From Azolla caroliniana (taxonomy: Eukaryota > Plantae > Polypodiophyta), in NCBI GenBank assembly GCA_043228905.1, contig JBHGNT010000020.1, positions 4,526,001 to 4,590,000 on the forward strand: 64,000 bases of DNA, in the 5' to 3' direction. This document shows positions 22,901-36,329 of this stretch, in pieces (positions within the stretch are counted from its first letter, which is position 1; each line of letters opens with the position of its first letter). Position numbers and translations under genes: made by a program. Below the pieces are notes generated by a model. That model worked only from the letters and a program-made list of their open reading frames with translations. It had not been told where the DNA came from and ran no database searches.

Positions 22901-23677
22901 ATTGTTTTGTCAACTATCAACAAGATGATTGGGTTGATCTATTACATTTGGCGAAATTTGCTTACAACAACTCAGAACATTCTTCTACTGGATATTCCCC
23001 ATTTTTTGCGAACATTGAGTACCATCCTCGTTGGACTATGCTTGAACATCCCAAACTCCCGACAAACCCGGCTGCTGAAGATCGGCTCACCCGACTCCAA
23101 GAAGTTCAAGATATCCTTTTGCACCATTTATGTGATGCTCAAAACACTCAAAAGAAGGTTGCCAACCGTCATCAACGTGATTCATTGACTACATTTCAAG
23201 TGGGAGATTGAGTATGGCTTTTACAAGGTCGCATTAAAACAACCCAACCTTGTTGCAAATTGGATTATCAACGTTCTGGCCCATATGTGATATCTGGTAA
23301 GATCAATGATGTGGCATTTCACCTTGATCTTCCCCCTCATATGCATCTCCACCCGGTCTTCCATGTTTCTCTTTTGGAGCCGTACACAACCAGCTCTATT
23401 CCAGGCCGTCTTACATCTCCCCCACCTCCAATTGAAGTTTCGAATGGCTCCGAATATGAAGTTGCTGCCATTCTCGACTCCAAGATCGTTCACAACAAAC
23501 TGTATTATTTGGTTGACTGGTTAGGTTATACACGTAACAATCGAACATGGGAACCTCTTGAGAATCTTGCTAATGCCTCTGAAATGGTTGCTACGTTTCA
23601 CAATAAATATCCCCATAAGCCAAGTCCGAAATCTTGTCTTCCGACTCGTGGAACTCGTCGTCGAAAAGGGGGGATAA
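19931..23677 (+). pseudogene. pol: B2 pol (protease, RT, RNase H, integrase, chromodomain)
   Basis: LLDSGA, YLDD, EADASD, SFDFITDLP and EYEVAAILDSK...YLVDWLGY...TWEP motifs. Multiple stops and frameshifts. Confidence 0.93.
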
Positions 23678-24375
23678 TGTCATGACGACATACATTTTGG
23701 CCTTACAAGGATATGTCATGATGACATACATTTTGGCCTTACAAATATTCGAGCCCAAGGCATCTTGGTCTATATGTTAGACCTTTAACCATTATACTAA
23801 CATATATGATGTATAGTTATGATAAATGTATTATTAGTTATTACAAGATATTTAGAGTATTCTAGAACATTCTAGGATATTCCATTATTATATTAAATAT
23901 CTAAAATATTCTAGAACATTCTAGAATACTCCATAAGGACCTATAAATAGGTGTCTATTCATTCATCACAACTCATTCGGTTCAATGTTGTCTGCCTGGC
24001 CGGACTAGCCACAACACAGGTGTCTATCCGACACTTCTCCAAAGGGGTGGTAAGGATTGGATGCTAGGTTACACGCGTAAGATGATTACACTAAGCACAG
24101 ACGGTAAAACAATACAAAGAAAAAGATAAACACGCAATAAGTATAATTGTATTACTTCCATAAAGCATTTACAATCATCGGATCCTTTTATAGGCATCCG
24201 GCAAGGTTACAATCAGTGCGCTTAGGCAACCGGCATCCGAATCGGTCCGGATCCGGATCGGTACAACTGTACCGGATCCGTCCCTCCGAATAATAAATAT
24301 ACTATTATTTACTTCCTATTATTCGATCCAACTCCGCCTTCCCACTTGTCCTTGCTCTTCTGACTGGCCAACACA

Positions 24376-24391
24376 TGGCACGCCCGTGGGA
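24376..24391 (+). other. Inverted PBS TGGCACGCCCGTGGGA of A2 (at the PPT position)
   Basis: Lies 2 nt from the LTR edge and is identical to A1/A3, although the A2 LTRs are diverged. Confidence 0.75.
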
Positions 24392-24423
24392 AAGTGCCTT
24401 GCACTTCAAATCCACTCCCGGCC

Positions 24424-27342
24424 TCATTCTTCCTCCAAAATATCGAGCAAACTCCGCTCGGAGGTGTCAAGTGGTGCCTCTTCCTCCAATTCCTGTTCCT
24501 TGCTTGCCTGGTCTCTGACCTCCGGTTGGGTTGTCTGTTCCGTAAAAATTTGTTGCTCCGGCTCTGCTTGATTCTGTGGTGCCGGTGCTTCCTCACCGCT
24601 CCGTCCGGGTTCTTCCTGTTCTTCCTCTGTTCCAGGCTCTGTTCTGTTACCAGTGTCGCTTTCTCTGGTCTCGACTGGTCGGTTCGGTGCGCCTTCTTCC
24701 TCTGCTCCGGTGTTTTCCGGTCTCAGCTCTTCTTCTTCCCCGGCATCGGTCTGCACCTGCTCTTCTTCATTTTCTTGGAACGGAAGTTCTTCTTTGGGTA
24801 TTCTTTGTCAGGGTTGTTCGGTGTCGGTTGGTTCAGCTTCAGCCGGTCGCTCTCCCTCACTTATAGTGATTGGCGTCGTTCTTCCCTCGGCTTCCTGTCG
24901 TAACCGGTCCTGCTCATATTTCTCCAACTCCAACTGAGTTGCGAGCTGCCTGTCATCCAACCTCTCTACCAACCCTCGGATTTCTTTGAGATGTTCTTCC
25001 GCTAAAGCGTAGAAATCCTCCGACAATTCTTCCCGAATGGCGACGATACTTTCTTCATCCATCTTGTAGAACTTGTCACCGGTCTTCCTCCGATTCTCGG
25101 CATCAGCTCGGAGTGTCTACAACTGAGTTGCCTGTTGTGACCACTCCTTCCATAGCTTTTCCGTACTTTCGTTGATGCTTGCCTGAGCTCGGGTACTCCA
25201 ACATGACATGATGAGCTTGATCCGGTCAACCCCCGCTTTAGCATGCGCATAAGCTTCTTGCTTTTCCTTCCTTCCCCATTTTATAATGTCGGCCATTATC
25301 TGAGCCTGGGCTTCGTAATCCGCTTTCTGCTTTTCATAGGCACTTTGTAGTTTGTTGATCGTGAAGGTCGATCTTTCCTTTTCTTCATTCTTGATCTTGG
25401 TCAGATCCAACTTTTCCCGCCTTAGCGCCTCTAATTCCTTCCTTCTCTCCGTCGCTTGGGTTATTTCCGCCGACGATGCTTCCTTTTTGGCACTGACCTC
25501 GTCCATTGTCTTAGCCAGGTCTAATCGGGTCTCTTTGAGCTGTTCTTTCAGCTTCTCTATTTGCCGGTCGTACTTTGCTGCCCGTTTCTTGTTGTCCGAC
25601 TCGGCCTGCTTGTGATCTCGGTAAAGTCGGTCGAAGTCCTCCGTCTTCTGATTCAGGCGTCGGCTTACCTGAGCTCTTAACCGGTCGTCCCGGTCCTTCT
25701 GTTGTCGAAGTTCTTCCTGCAGTCACTCTATCTCCTGCTCGGCCTATCGACGCAGTCGGTCCTCCTTTTGCAGCTTTTCTTTTTCTTCTTGCAGTCGGTC
25801 ATTAGTGGCTCGGCCTTTCCGGAGGCCTTCTTCCATTCTTCGTATGTCGTCCTCCACCGCTTTCCGTTGCTCCCTTTCTTTTTCCCTTAATGCCTCCTGA
25901 GCTTTTAACTCCTCTCGCAAGGTTTCTATTATTTTTTCGGTCTCAGGGCCAGTTTGCAAGGCTACCGGTTCCAGTTCCGGTTCTGGTTGCTTCCTTGTTG
26001 TCCCGACCGGCTCGGTGACAACTTGTGCTTGTTGAATTCCTTCCCTCGCCTGCAACAGCTCCCCTTGCAACTCCTGGATCTGTGTTCGGAGCGCGACCAA
26101 CTCCTGGGTTGTTGTATGCGTCAGGTGTTGCCTACACGTTTCTTCTTCCTCTAACAGGTCCGCTACTCCCGATACCTGCTCCGAAAGCCATCTCAGCCAT
26201 TGTGGCTTTGTGCTTCCTGTGTCGGAGTAGCATTGCTCACTTCTACTCCTTAATTCAGGCTGTTTTTCTGGCCTTTTCTCTGGCTCCGGCGCTTGTTCAT
26301 TCCTCTTCTCTGGAATGACCGGTTCTCTGAAGTCCGGCAAAACCAGTTCCGGTACTACTTCCCTCGGTGCGGGTTCCGGTACTGCTTCCGCCCCGGCTAC
26401 TAGAGGTGCTCCTTGCGCCCTCTGCTGAGTTCTGTCAACTGGTGGAGCCGGTCCTCTCGCCCGTCTCTCCCGACCTTATCTTGCTGGGAGTCTTACCAGT
26501 GGTTCGGATGAGTCTTCTGCTTCAGCTTCCTCCTCCGGTGCGGCTACCAGACGGACCTTTTGTATAAAGTCCTCTGGTTCCGGTTCCGGCCGTCGCAACG
26601 TTATATTGATTGGTTTGAGCGCTACCGGTTCTTCCTCGGCCGGTTTTCCTTTGCCTTTTCATGCCGGTTTTGCCTTTGTTGCCGATTTCTTTTGCTGTCG
26701 GGATGGTCCTTCCTCCCGCTGTTCTGCTTCTTCGTGGGTCCATCCGGGGGTGTGTTTCTCCAGGATCTATCGGCGCTTTGTGACCTTTTTCGGCGTCGTC
26801 TCCTGCCGACCTCTTTTCTTTCGTTTGATGAGGAGCACCGGTGGGACTAACACCGTTAGCCATTGTGCTATCCCGGCCCATGGCTTTTTTCCTTCCACAA
26901 GGTTCTTGATGGCCTCCTTCAATCCTTCGGTTATGAAATGGAGCCAGTCCACTTGTAATCCTTCGTACGTTGCGATTAGGAACGCTGCCCGGTACCTAGC
27001 TATGGTCGGGGGACGAGAATTCACGAATCCGTATTCCATCATGGCGCGGGCCACTTCTCCGAACAACAGGTTCTCTCCGCCCTGTGTTCGGTACGCCTTG
27101 CTGCTGATGGAATACTCACCGAAATATTCGAACAGGATTTGACTTGAAGGGTTTTCGATCGTTCAAAGTCCTCCTGCTTTTATCCCCGTGAGCGCCTACA
27201 CCGCTCCTTCCGTGACTTCTGATAAATCAATCGATGCTGCCGCCTGCTCCGGTTCTGCGTGTGGTGCAGCGTCGGCGATCCGCAGCAATCCTTCTAACCT
27301 GTTCTCTATCATCCATTGGCGTGCCTCTTCCGACAGTGCCAT
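24424..27342 (-). pseudogene. ORF2 of A2 (fragmented)
   Basis: Fragments MALSEEARQW..., FGEVARAMMEYGF..., QWLRWLSEQ..., WSTRAQASINES... and MDEESIV... match A3 ORF2. Confidence 0.9.
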
Positions 27343-27809
27343 TGGTTCGGATTCTTCTTCTGCTGTCTGTTGTTCGGGATCGGGATGTGTGTGCGCTGTG
27401 CGTCGGATTTGCTCTTCTGTGCTTCTGCGCCTGTGTGTAGGAAAATTCGTAAAAAGTAAGTCCTTCGTAGGCCTGTGTCTTATATAGTGACTTTTGCCTC
27501 GAGCCGCCCTTTTTCGTTTCCCACGCATGTCTATCTCCCGCCATAATTAGCATGTCCTTTCTTGGTTGCCGCGTGTGCATATCTCCTTTCATTATTAGCA
27601 ATTCTTCTCTTGATTGCCGCGCGTGCGTAATACCTCGTACGTCGGTGCCCACGTTCTACGCTTTAAATAGCAAGTACGCGCACGTCCTCCTTTACTTCAT
27701 GGCGCCTCTTCGTTGCATGGTGGCGCTCCCACCTCTTGTGATCTCCCCATCATCATTACTTTGATTTTTTTCTTTTTTCTTTTTTCGTTTTTTCTTTGTT
27801 TGGACGACG

Positions 27810-30800
27810 TCATTTTCCGGTCCCACCCGATTTGTTCGGGTCAGTTCGCGCTGATACCGGAATCTCCTTCTGTTGGTTTTCCGGGATAGTCTTTGTCGGT
27901 ATCGGTGTCGGTTCTTCCTCGGTCCAGATTTCTGCAGCAGCGTCTGTCGGTGTCGGTTCCTCATCGTGCCGGATTTCCGGGTCTTGCTTGAACGGGTTGG
28001 CTGGCATATTTCCCTTATACGGCTTTAGCCGAAACCCATTTGCCCACTTACCGATGACTTCTCCAGACAACGTGCCGAGCTGATACGACCCATTGTACTC
28101 CTTGGTGATCCAGAACGGTCCGGTCCACCGAAACCGCAACTTTCCCGGCATGTTCCCCATCCGTGTCTGGAACAGTAGCACCGGTTTTCCGACTTCGAAC
28201 TCCTTTTCGTTGCCACGTCGGTGTCGGTCCACGAAAGCTTTTCTCCTCCTTTGCTCCAGTTCGAGTTGTAGTAAGCTGGCTATTCGGTTTTCTTCTAATT
28301 CCAACAACGTCACCAGCCGGATTCGTTCGGACTCCTTCTCACTTAAGCGCTCCTTTACCTAGATCCGTAAGCTGGGGATCTGGAACTCTACCGGCATGAC
28401 CGCTTCTAAGCCGAATGCTAGTCGGAACGGGGTTGTCCGGATGCTGGTTTTGTACGTTGTTCGGTACGCCCATAGCGCGCTCTGCAATTTCGTATCCCAG
28501 TCGGTCCGGTTCTCGTTGACGATTTTTCGTAGGATGTTCTGCAGAGTTTTGTTCGTCGATTCCGCTAGTCCATTGGCTTGAGGGTAGTAGGGAGTACTCC
28601 TTTTATGTACCACCGCGTAAAATGACGTCAGGCTTTCTACTACCTGCCCGAGAAAGTGTCCTCCTTGGTCACTTATAAGCTCGATCGGGCATCCATACCG
28701 GCACCATATGCACTCGTACAGGAACTTTGCCGTGGACGCGGCCGTGTTGTCCCGTAAGGCCTTCGCTTCCACCCATTTGGTGCAATAGTCAGTCGCCACT
28801 ATGACATACCGATTTCCAGTTCGCATTGCCGGTGGCTTGAAGGGACCGACAAAGTCCAAACCCCACTTTTGAAACGGTTCCAATGGCAAGACCGGGTGGT
28901 GTGGCATCCGGGCCTGCTCCGTGGGTTGGCCCAGTCGTTGACACAAATCGCATTCTCTGCTATACCTCACGGCATCTTTTAGGGTGGTGGGCCACCACAG
29001 TCCGCTCTGCCATATTTTCCGAGCGGTTGCGTCGCCGGCATAATGCCCGCCGGCAATTCCACAGTGGGCTTCCCTGAGGATTCGATCCTTCCCATCGCTC
29101 CGCACTGCTCATCTCCAGATGCCATCTGCCCCCTTGTGATAGAGGGTGTCTCCAACCAAGCAGAAATGTCTGCTTCTTACTGCTACCCTTTTCCTTTCAT
29201 CGCGGTCCATGTTCTTCGGGGGTACTCCGGTGCTCAGGAACTGATGCATCTCGGTTAGCCACTTGTCTTCATCGGCTACCGTTGCATCCGTTGCCGGTTC
29301 TGTCGCGATCCGGAACAACTCGGTGTCGGGGAACTCATCCTGTATGCCGTCCCCTGCTTCTCCGAATTCGAGTCTGCTTAGGTGGTCCACTACCGCATGA
29401 TGCGCCCCGGGTCTGTGGAAAATGTCGAATTCAAATTCCTGTAACAGCAGTGTCCATCGTGCAATTTTTCCCGTTAGGGATGCCTTCGAGACCAGGTAGA
29501 GTAGTGCCGAATGGTCGACATGGAAGGAAAACTTCCTTCCGAGCAGATAGTGCTTGTACTTTGTGACACTATACACCATTCCTAATGCCTCGCGTTCTAT
29601 CGTAGAGTAGTTCCGTTTGGCTTTTGAGAGTTTCCGGCTTGCGTAGTACACCGGCCGGTACCATTTCGGCTCCGTGAGTTGCATCAGAACGCTGCCGATT
29701 GCTACGTCCGACACGTCGACGAAGACGTGAAAGCTTTTACTCCAATCCGGCGGTTGCACCACCGGAGCTTGCGACCGCATAACCTTCAGCGCTTGGTAAG
29801 CTTTCTCCTCCGTCTCCGCCCATAGGAAGGGTACCCTGTGTACGGCGGCATGCAATGGTGTAGCAAAGTCTGCGAGGTGCCGTATCATCCGGCTATGCCA
29901 CCTTATTTGGCCCAGGAACCGGCTTAAAGCCTTTGCGTTATTTGGTGCCGGTGCCTCGAGAATTGCCTTTACTTTATCCGGATCTACCGCGATTCCTTCC
30001 TTACTTACCACGTGCCCTAGTAAGTTGCCGCTTGCCACTCCAAAGACGCACTTGGCCGGGTTCAGACTCAACCGGTACTCGCGGCACTTCTCTAAGCACA
30101 GTCGGAGGTGATCGAGATGCTCTCCGTGCCGGCTATAGACTGCGAAATCATCAAGGAAGACCTGCATAAAACCGGGGATATATTCCCCGAAAATTTCCGT
30201 TATTATCCTTTGAAAGGTCGTTGGGGCCGTCTTTAGTCCGAACATCATCACAACCGCGACGAACACTCCCCATTCCGTAACGAACGTTGTCTTCTCCTGG
30301 TCGGCCAGGTTCATTCGTATTTGGTTGTAACCGCTAAATCCATCCAGGAAGCTGTAAACTTCGTGGCCGGCTACCGCATCTAACACCCCGTCCGTAAATG
30401 GTAGTGGAAACGCATCAGTCACCGTTGCGGCATTTAGTTTCCAGTAGTCCACGCATACCCGGATTTTGCCGTTCTTTTTCGGGACCACCACTATCGGACT
30501 CAGCCAGGTTGCCTGCTTGACCGGTCGGATAAATCCGACCTAGAGGAGCTTATCAATCTCCTCCTTCACCTTCGCCACATAATTCGGATTCATCCGGTAC
30601 CTACGTTGAGCGATCAGTTTCGCGTCCGTACTTAGGTGAATTTGGTGCTGATAGAGCTGGGGGTCCAGCCCTTGGATGTCTTCGTACGACCATGCGAACA
30701 CATCCTTGAAGTCTGTTAATAATGCTACCATTGCCTTCTTTTCTTCCTTCGGCAATTCCTTTGTGACATTTACCGGTCGGGGTTTGTCTGTTGTGCCGAG

Positions 30801-33800
30801 GTCCACCTCCTCTAGTTGGGATGCTTTTACCCTCTGGGATATCGTCATCTCCCTCTCTAGGGATTCCTGCGCTTGTCGCAGTTCTCGGATCGCCGCTTGG
30901 TCTGGTTCGTCCGGCGTCGTGATGTACGGTTCTACTACCGCCGTGATATCCACCTCAAATAGTGGGACGATTCGTGGGTGTTCCTCGAGGTACCGATCGA
31001 CTTCCTCGTCCGGTAATCCCTCCAACATGTTGATGCTTTCCGCATACAATGGAGTTGCTTCCTTACTGGCAATCACCCGTGATTGCGTCGCTACTCGTAC
31101 CTTTGTTTTCCCTCGCCAGAATGTGATCATGTTCTTTTGCCAGTTCTGCTTGATATGCACCGTTCGCAGCCATGGTCGTCCTAGCAGTAGGGGGTACGCG
31201 CCTTGTACATTCAACTGCAGCACCATGGCCGATATCCGGAATACGTGGCCTCCGATCGTTACTTCCAAATCCCGGATAAGCCCGGTCGGTCGGACTGAGC
31301 TGGTATCCGCCATGCGTAACCAGAAGGGGCATGGTTCCCATTCCCGAATGCCCAGGTTGTCGCATGTCCGTCGGCTAATGACATTTACCCCGGAGCCTCC
31401 GTCAATAATTGTTCCGGCAATTTCCTTTCCTTTCACGATTGTCGTGATCGTCGGGCTACTTGTATCGACCACAGTTGGTCCTTCCTCCGGGTTGGAGAAG
31501 AATGCCGGTGCTGGCGTCAGCTTCGGTTTGCTCACGGATGCCTGTAAGTCTGTCGTAAACCGTGGCACCAACTGTAGTAGCTGTGCTAACGGCAGCACGA
31601 TTTGACAGTCCTGGAGCGCTTGCCACGTCGGGTTTTCTCCTGGCTATAGGATTTCTTCGTCTTTTGGCATATTTTGGTCTCTTACTTCTGCTGCATTCTG
31701 TTCATTGGCCTCCTTGATCCATTGCGCCGCTTGTTTTCTGATTGCCTCCTGGGCTTCCCACTCGGCGGTCTTCCCCTTTGACCGGGTTGTGACCTGCTGC
31801 ACTTCCGTTATTTCGGCTGTAACCATGTTGACTGTCGGCTGCTTGTCATTGGTTTTGCTTGGGCATTGGTTACTATAATGGCCCTCCTTACGGCAGTAAT
31901 AACAGTACACCTTGTGACTGTTCCTCATTTCTCCTTTGTCCCCGGTTTGGGGGGTGGGTATACTTCGGTGGTCGTCTTCGGTTTTTCGGTTATCCGGTAC
32001 CGATACCAGGTTGTCATTCCTTGCTGCCTCCCGACGTTCCTCTCTTCGGAAAAATCCACGCTTCTGATTCCGTCGGAAATTTTGGTTCCCTTGTCACCTC
32101 TCTTCTCTGCGTCGTTCGTATTCCAGGGATTCGTCTCGGTCGTACCGGTCCCGGGGGTAGCTATCTCTGCGTTTCTCCTCTCGGTCATAGTTATCGCGTC
32201 TTCTATTAGCGTATCTGTTACCGCGTTCGTGTTGGTAGCGGTCGTCTCTCCGGAATCGATCCTCATCCGGGTCCTGATTGCACGGTTCTATGTGTCGAAC
32301 CAGTGCCGCCTGCCGATTTAACAGGTTATATTCGCATCGGTCCGTTGTATGGGCCCGAGAGTTGCAGATCATACATTGTGTCCGCAGGTTGCAGTCTACC
32401 GTTGAGTGGCCCGAATTTAGGCATGTTGTGCATTATAAGGCCTGTCGGAACCTCAGGTCTTCCTCCTTCGGGAATGCCCGGTGTAACATCCCCATCGACA
32501 AGAAGGAGCTAGTCTTGTCCATTTCTAAGACCCGATCAATAACTTGGTCCATTGTGCTGGTGCGGAAATCAAGGACTCCGCACATCGTTCGAAGTGGCTC
32601 TTTTAGCGCGGCCAAAAAGACTGCTTTGGCTTTGTCTTCGGGTGGTGCTCTCGTCCGTTGGCTGTGCAGGGTCTAAAACCGAATGATGAATTGTGGCACA
32701 GTCTCGTTCTCTTCCTGCCGGGTGGTGTAGAACTGCCCGACCAATTCCCTTTGCTCAACTTGTCTGTGAAAAAGCCTAAGGAATTTGGCCTTCAAGGCAT
32801 CGAATGTGGCAAAGCTGCCCGGTAAGTGCTTTGCGTGCCATCGGGCCGCCGGTCCTTCGAAGGTCATGCCGAATTCGGCGACTTTGGATCGTTTGGCTTC
32901 GGGCTCCGTCAGTCTTTGGGAGACATGGTTGGCTTCCCATGTTTGGAGGAATGCGTACACGTGTGCCTCCGCGTCGGGCTCATCCCGGTACTTTGGGTAT
33001 GGGTACGGCATCGTGTCGTCCAACTGACTCTCCTGCTCTCTCCGCTCTCTGTCCGTTGTTGGCGTCGGTGTGAGAACCTTCGGTTCCTCCGCGGTTGGTG
33101 CCGGTATCCGCTCCTTCAGTTCCTCCGCGGGTGTTGCCGGTGTCCGGTCCTTTGGTTCCTCCACGGGTGTTGTCGGTATCCGCTCCTTCGGTTCCTTCGC
33201 GGGTGTTGTCGGTATCCTCTTCTTCGGTTCCTCCGCGGGTGTTGCCGGTGTCCGGTCCTTTGGTTCCTCCGCGGGTGTTGTCGGTATCCGCTCCTTCGGT
33301 TCCTTCGCGGGTGTTGTCGGTATCCGCTTCTTCGGTTCCTTCGCGGGTGTTGTCGGTATCCGGTCAGCCTCCCTCGGCGATTGCCAGTCACCGAACTCCA
33401 AGGTTATTTCTTCCTCTGGCTCCGGTGTTACTAAGTCTTCCGACTCCTCTTCCCCCGGGTCGTTTGGTGTGTCGTGGCTGCTTTTATACCGGGACGCAAC
33501 GCTTCCGTCACTTTCCGACTCCGCCTCGAGTGTTGTGAATGCTTCCGAGTCCCCGTCGCCACCGGCGAGCGTCTGTAGTATCGTTTCCGCCTCTTGCAGG
33601 CTTGTTATGCTACTACCTTCGTCGGGGACTTGCAGAACCCGGAACTGCAGTGCTTCTTCTGCGACTCTCCGAAGAGTTCTGGAGAATGACCGATCTCGCC
33701 GGATCTCGTCGACGGCTTGCTGCAGGGCTTCCCGTCGTTGCTCTCGTTCGGTGTATCGTCTCCCTCGTTCGGTGATGTGGTCGTCGTTTGGTCTAGACAT
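27810..33800 (-). pseudogene. gag-pol: gag-pol of A2 (several stops, a frameshift)
   Basis: Colinear ORF fragments highly similar to the A1/A3 polyprotein. Confidence 0.95.
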
Positions 33801-34402
33801 CCATCCCCCGGTTGTCCTCTGCACTTTGCAGGAATCGTGGTCGCCAAAATAGTGTTGTCTACCTGGCCGGACTAGCCACAACACAGGTGTCTATCCGACA
33901 CTTCTCCAAAGGGGTGGTAAGGATTGGATGCTAGGTTACACGCGTAAGATGATTACACTAAGCACAGACGGTAAAACAATACAAAGACAAAGATAAACAC
34001 GCAATAAGTATAATTGTATTACTTCCGTAAAGCATTTACAAATCATCGGATCCTTTTATAGGCATCCGGCAAGGTTACAATCGGTGCGCTTAGGCAACCG
34101 GCATCCGAATCGGTCCGGATCCGGATCGGTACAACTGTACCGGATCCGTCCCTCCGAATAATAAATATAATATTATTTACTTCCTATTATTCGATCCGAC
34201 TCCACCTTCCCACTTGTCCTTGCTCTTCTGACCGGCCAACATTCAACACCAGTTTGTAGCCCCTTAGCCTACTCTTTGTAATAATTGCTCTCTTATAATA
34301 TAAACTCTCTTTCCATTTCTAGTGTTCTTTCTCTCTCTCTCTCTCTCCCTCTACCTTCTATTGTCGTCTTATTTTTCTCTCTCCTATTCTCAAGTCACGA
34401 CA

Positions 34403-35544
34403 CTCGCCTCCGATATCCCCTGGGATGAACAAGCATTAATGGAGAAATTTTGTTATGGCCTACGTAACGATTTCAAGGATTTACTCTTGACCTTCCCCGA
34501 AGAACCAAAGTCATTAACAGAAGGAATTAGTCGCGTAGTACGATGTGATAACCGTCTCTTCGAACGACGTTCAGAACATCAATTTCAAATGTCGAGGGCA
34601 AGATCGGAGCCCACCTATGCTCCAGTTGTAGCAAAGCCTTTCCCAAGGGAGTCATTTAATACGTCTCCAACAAATACTCTAATTCCAATGGAAATCGACA
34701 CGACACGTCGTCGCGAACCACTAAAAAAAGCAGCGACGCTGGGCAAATCGATTATGTCTTTATTGCGGTGGACCGGGGCATATTGCAATGAACTATCCCC
34801 ATCAGCCAAGAAGGTAGGTAAATCAAATAACCGCTAGTACTAATAGTACTAAACCTGAGTCTATTTCTGTAGCTGTGTTCGATAGTCCTAATAGCCCAAG
34901 CCTTTCAAACAAATTTGAAATCCTTAGTCAACTAGAAGAAGAGTTAAACGAATAAGTCCAGCCAAAATAGGAGTTGTTTGGTTGGATAGCCCTAGATCTG
35001 TGCAACCCATTAGTGGTTCCATTTCCTCTAAGCAAGTTAGCAATGTGTTCTTAGCTCAAGTAATGGTTATTACTAAAAGTAATCCTCCAATACATGTATT
35101 AACACTCTTAGATTCCAAAGCCAACTCTTGCTTCATGGATAGGAATTTTGCCCAAGCTCATCACATATCCCTAAGAAAACTTTCTTGCCCAACATCTGTA
35201 GTAGTTATTGATGGTCATCCCATTGCTTCTGGAAAAATCCTAGATAACTTGGTGTGAGTAGTATCATTAATATAATTAGTAGTTCAGATTATCCAATTGT
35301 CTTGGAGTTACCATGGTTCAAATTACATAACCCAAACATAGATTGGAGAACAAGAGAAATCCGGTATCGACAAATCCGAGGATCTACTCATAAGATTGCA
35401 ACCATTTTGCTACAACAATTACATGAGGAAGGACGCAAGGAAGCAATATTTGTCTTCGCAGTATAAGTAAAACCTTCCACAGTTCGACTTCCAGAGAAGT
35501 ATCGTTAGTATGCCGATGTGTTCGATAAGGTACAAGCCAATACG
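34403..35544 (+). pseudogene. B1 gag 3' part, frameshift site and protease
   Basis: ASDIPWDEQAL..., GTTAAAC at 34943, LLDSKANSCF. Interrupted in KVQANT|LPHHRP by D2. Confidence 0.88.
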
Positions 35545-36329
35545 AACATCGGGACATTTGAAACAGGTAATATGTCGCATTTTGAGAATTGTTCGTCAAA
35601 AAATGACACAAATTGGGGTGATTCACAAAAAATGACACAAATTAGGGTGTTGCATGCGTAAAGGATTTTAAAAAATGAGCCAAAAATATATTGATTTCTA
35701 GCATGTACGAAAATTTAGGTGTTCAAAAAAATGCTTAAATAATGGACATGCCAAACTTACAAATGAATTTCCAAAATGACTAACATCAATATTTATAGAA
35801 ACTCATGAATCCAAATCTTGATGTACAATACAATATTTACAATTAATGTATCATCACAATCGTTTTCCAAGTTTATGCCATCATCTTCATACCCAATTGC
35901 AACAAATCCATGGCAACTCATCATCAGTTGCAACTAATGCATTGTCTTCATCCAATTGCAATCCAACCTCATTGAGGTTATGAGTCATACTTCTTGTTTG
36001 TCTTTGTGTTGTGTCTAAAGCCACATTCGAGATCTGCTTTTAGTATCTTCATTGTGGTTTGTTGCAGATAACTTGTTTTTGTTAAAGATAAGTCATACAC
36101 TAGTATATAAACATTATGCAATGTAAGAGTAGATGTGCTTGATGCATACTTTCTTCTTCACTTTTTGGTTATGATATTTAATTATGTACTTTCTATTTAC
36201 GATATTTGATTATGTGAGAAAAACCTTCTACCAAAATCATTAGAATCTAAAAAATGTCATAAAGATGTTTTTTCGTTTTTCGTAGATTCTCATAGTAAGC
36301 CTTTGATGTCAAACAGAAATCAGATTCAT

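Larger units (their letters stand above)
23986..34241 (-). mobile_element. Gypsy A2 (diverged family-A subfamily), full length, with nonsense mutations
   Basis: LTRs 33853-34241 and 23986-24373, TSD TTCAA, same PBS as A1/A3. Confidence 0.96.
18301..34402 (+). mobile_element. Chromovirus B2 (Tcn1-like), degraded; 3' LTR split by A2
   Basis: 5' LTR 18301-~18750, 3' LTR 23678-23985 plus 34242-34402, TSD CTCGC, PPT AAAAGGGGGGATA. Confidence 0.93.
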
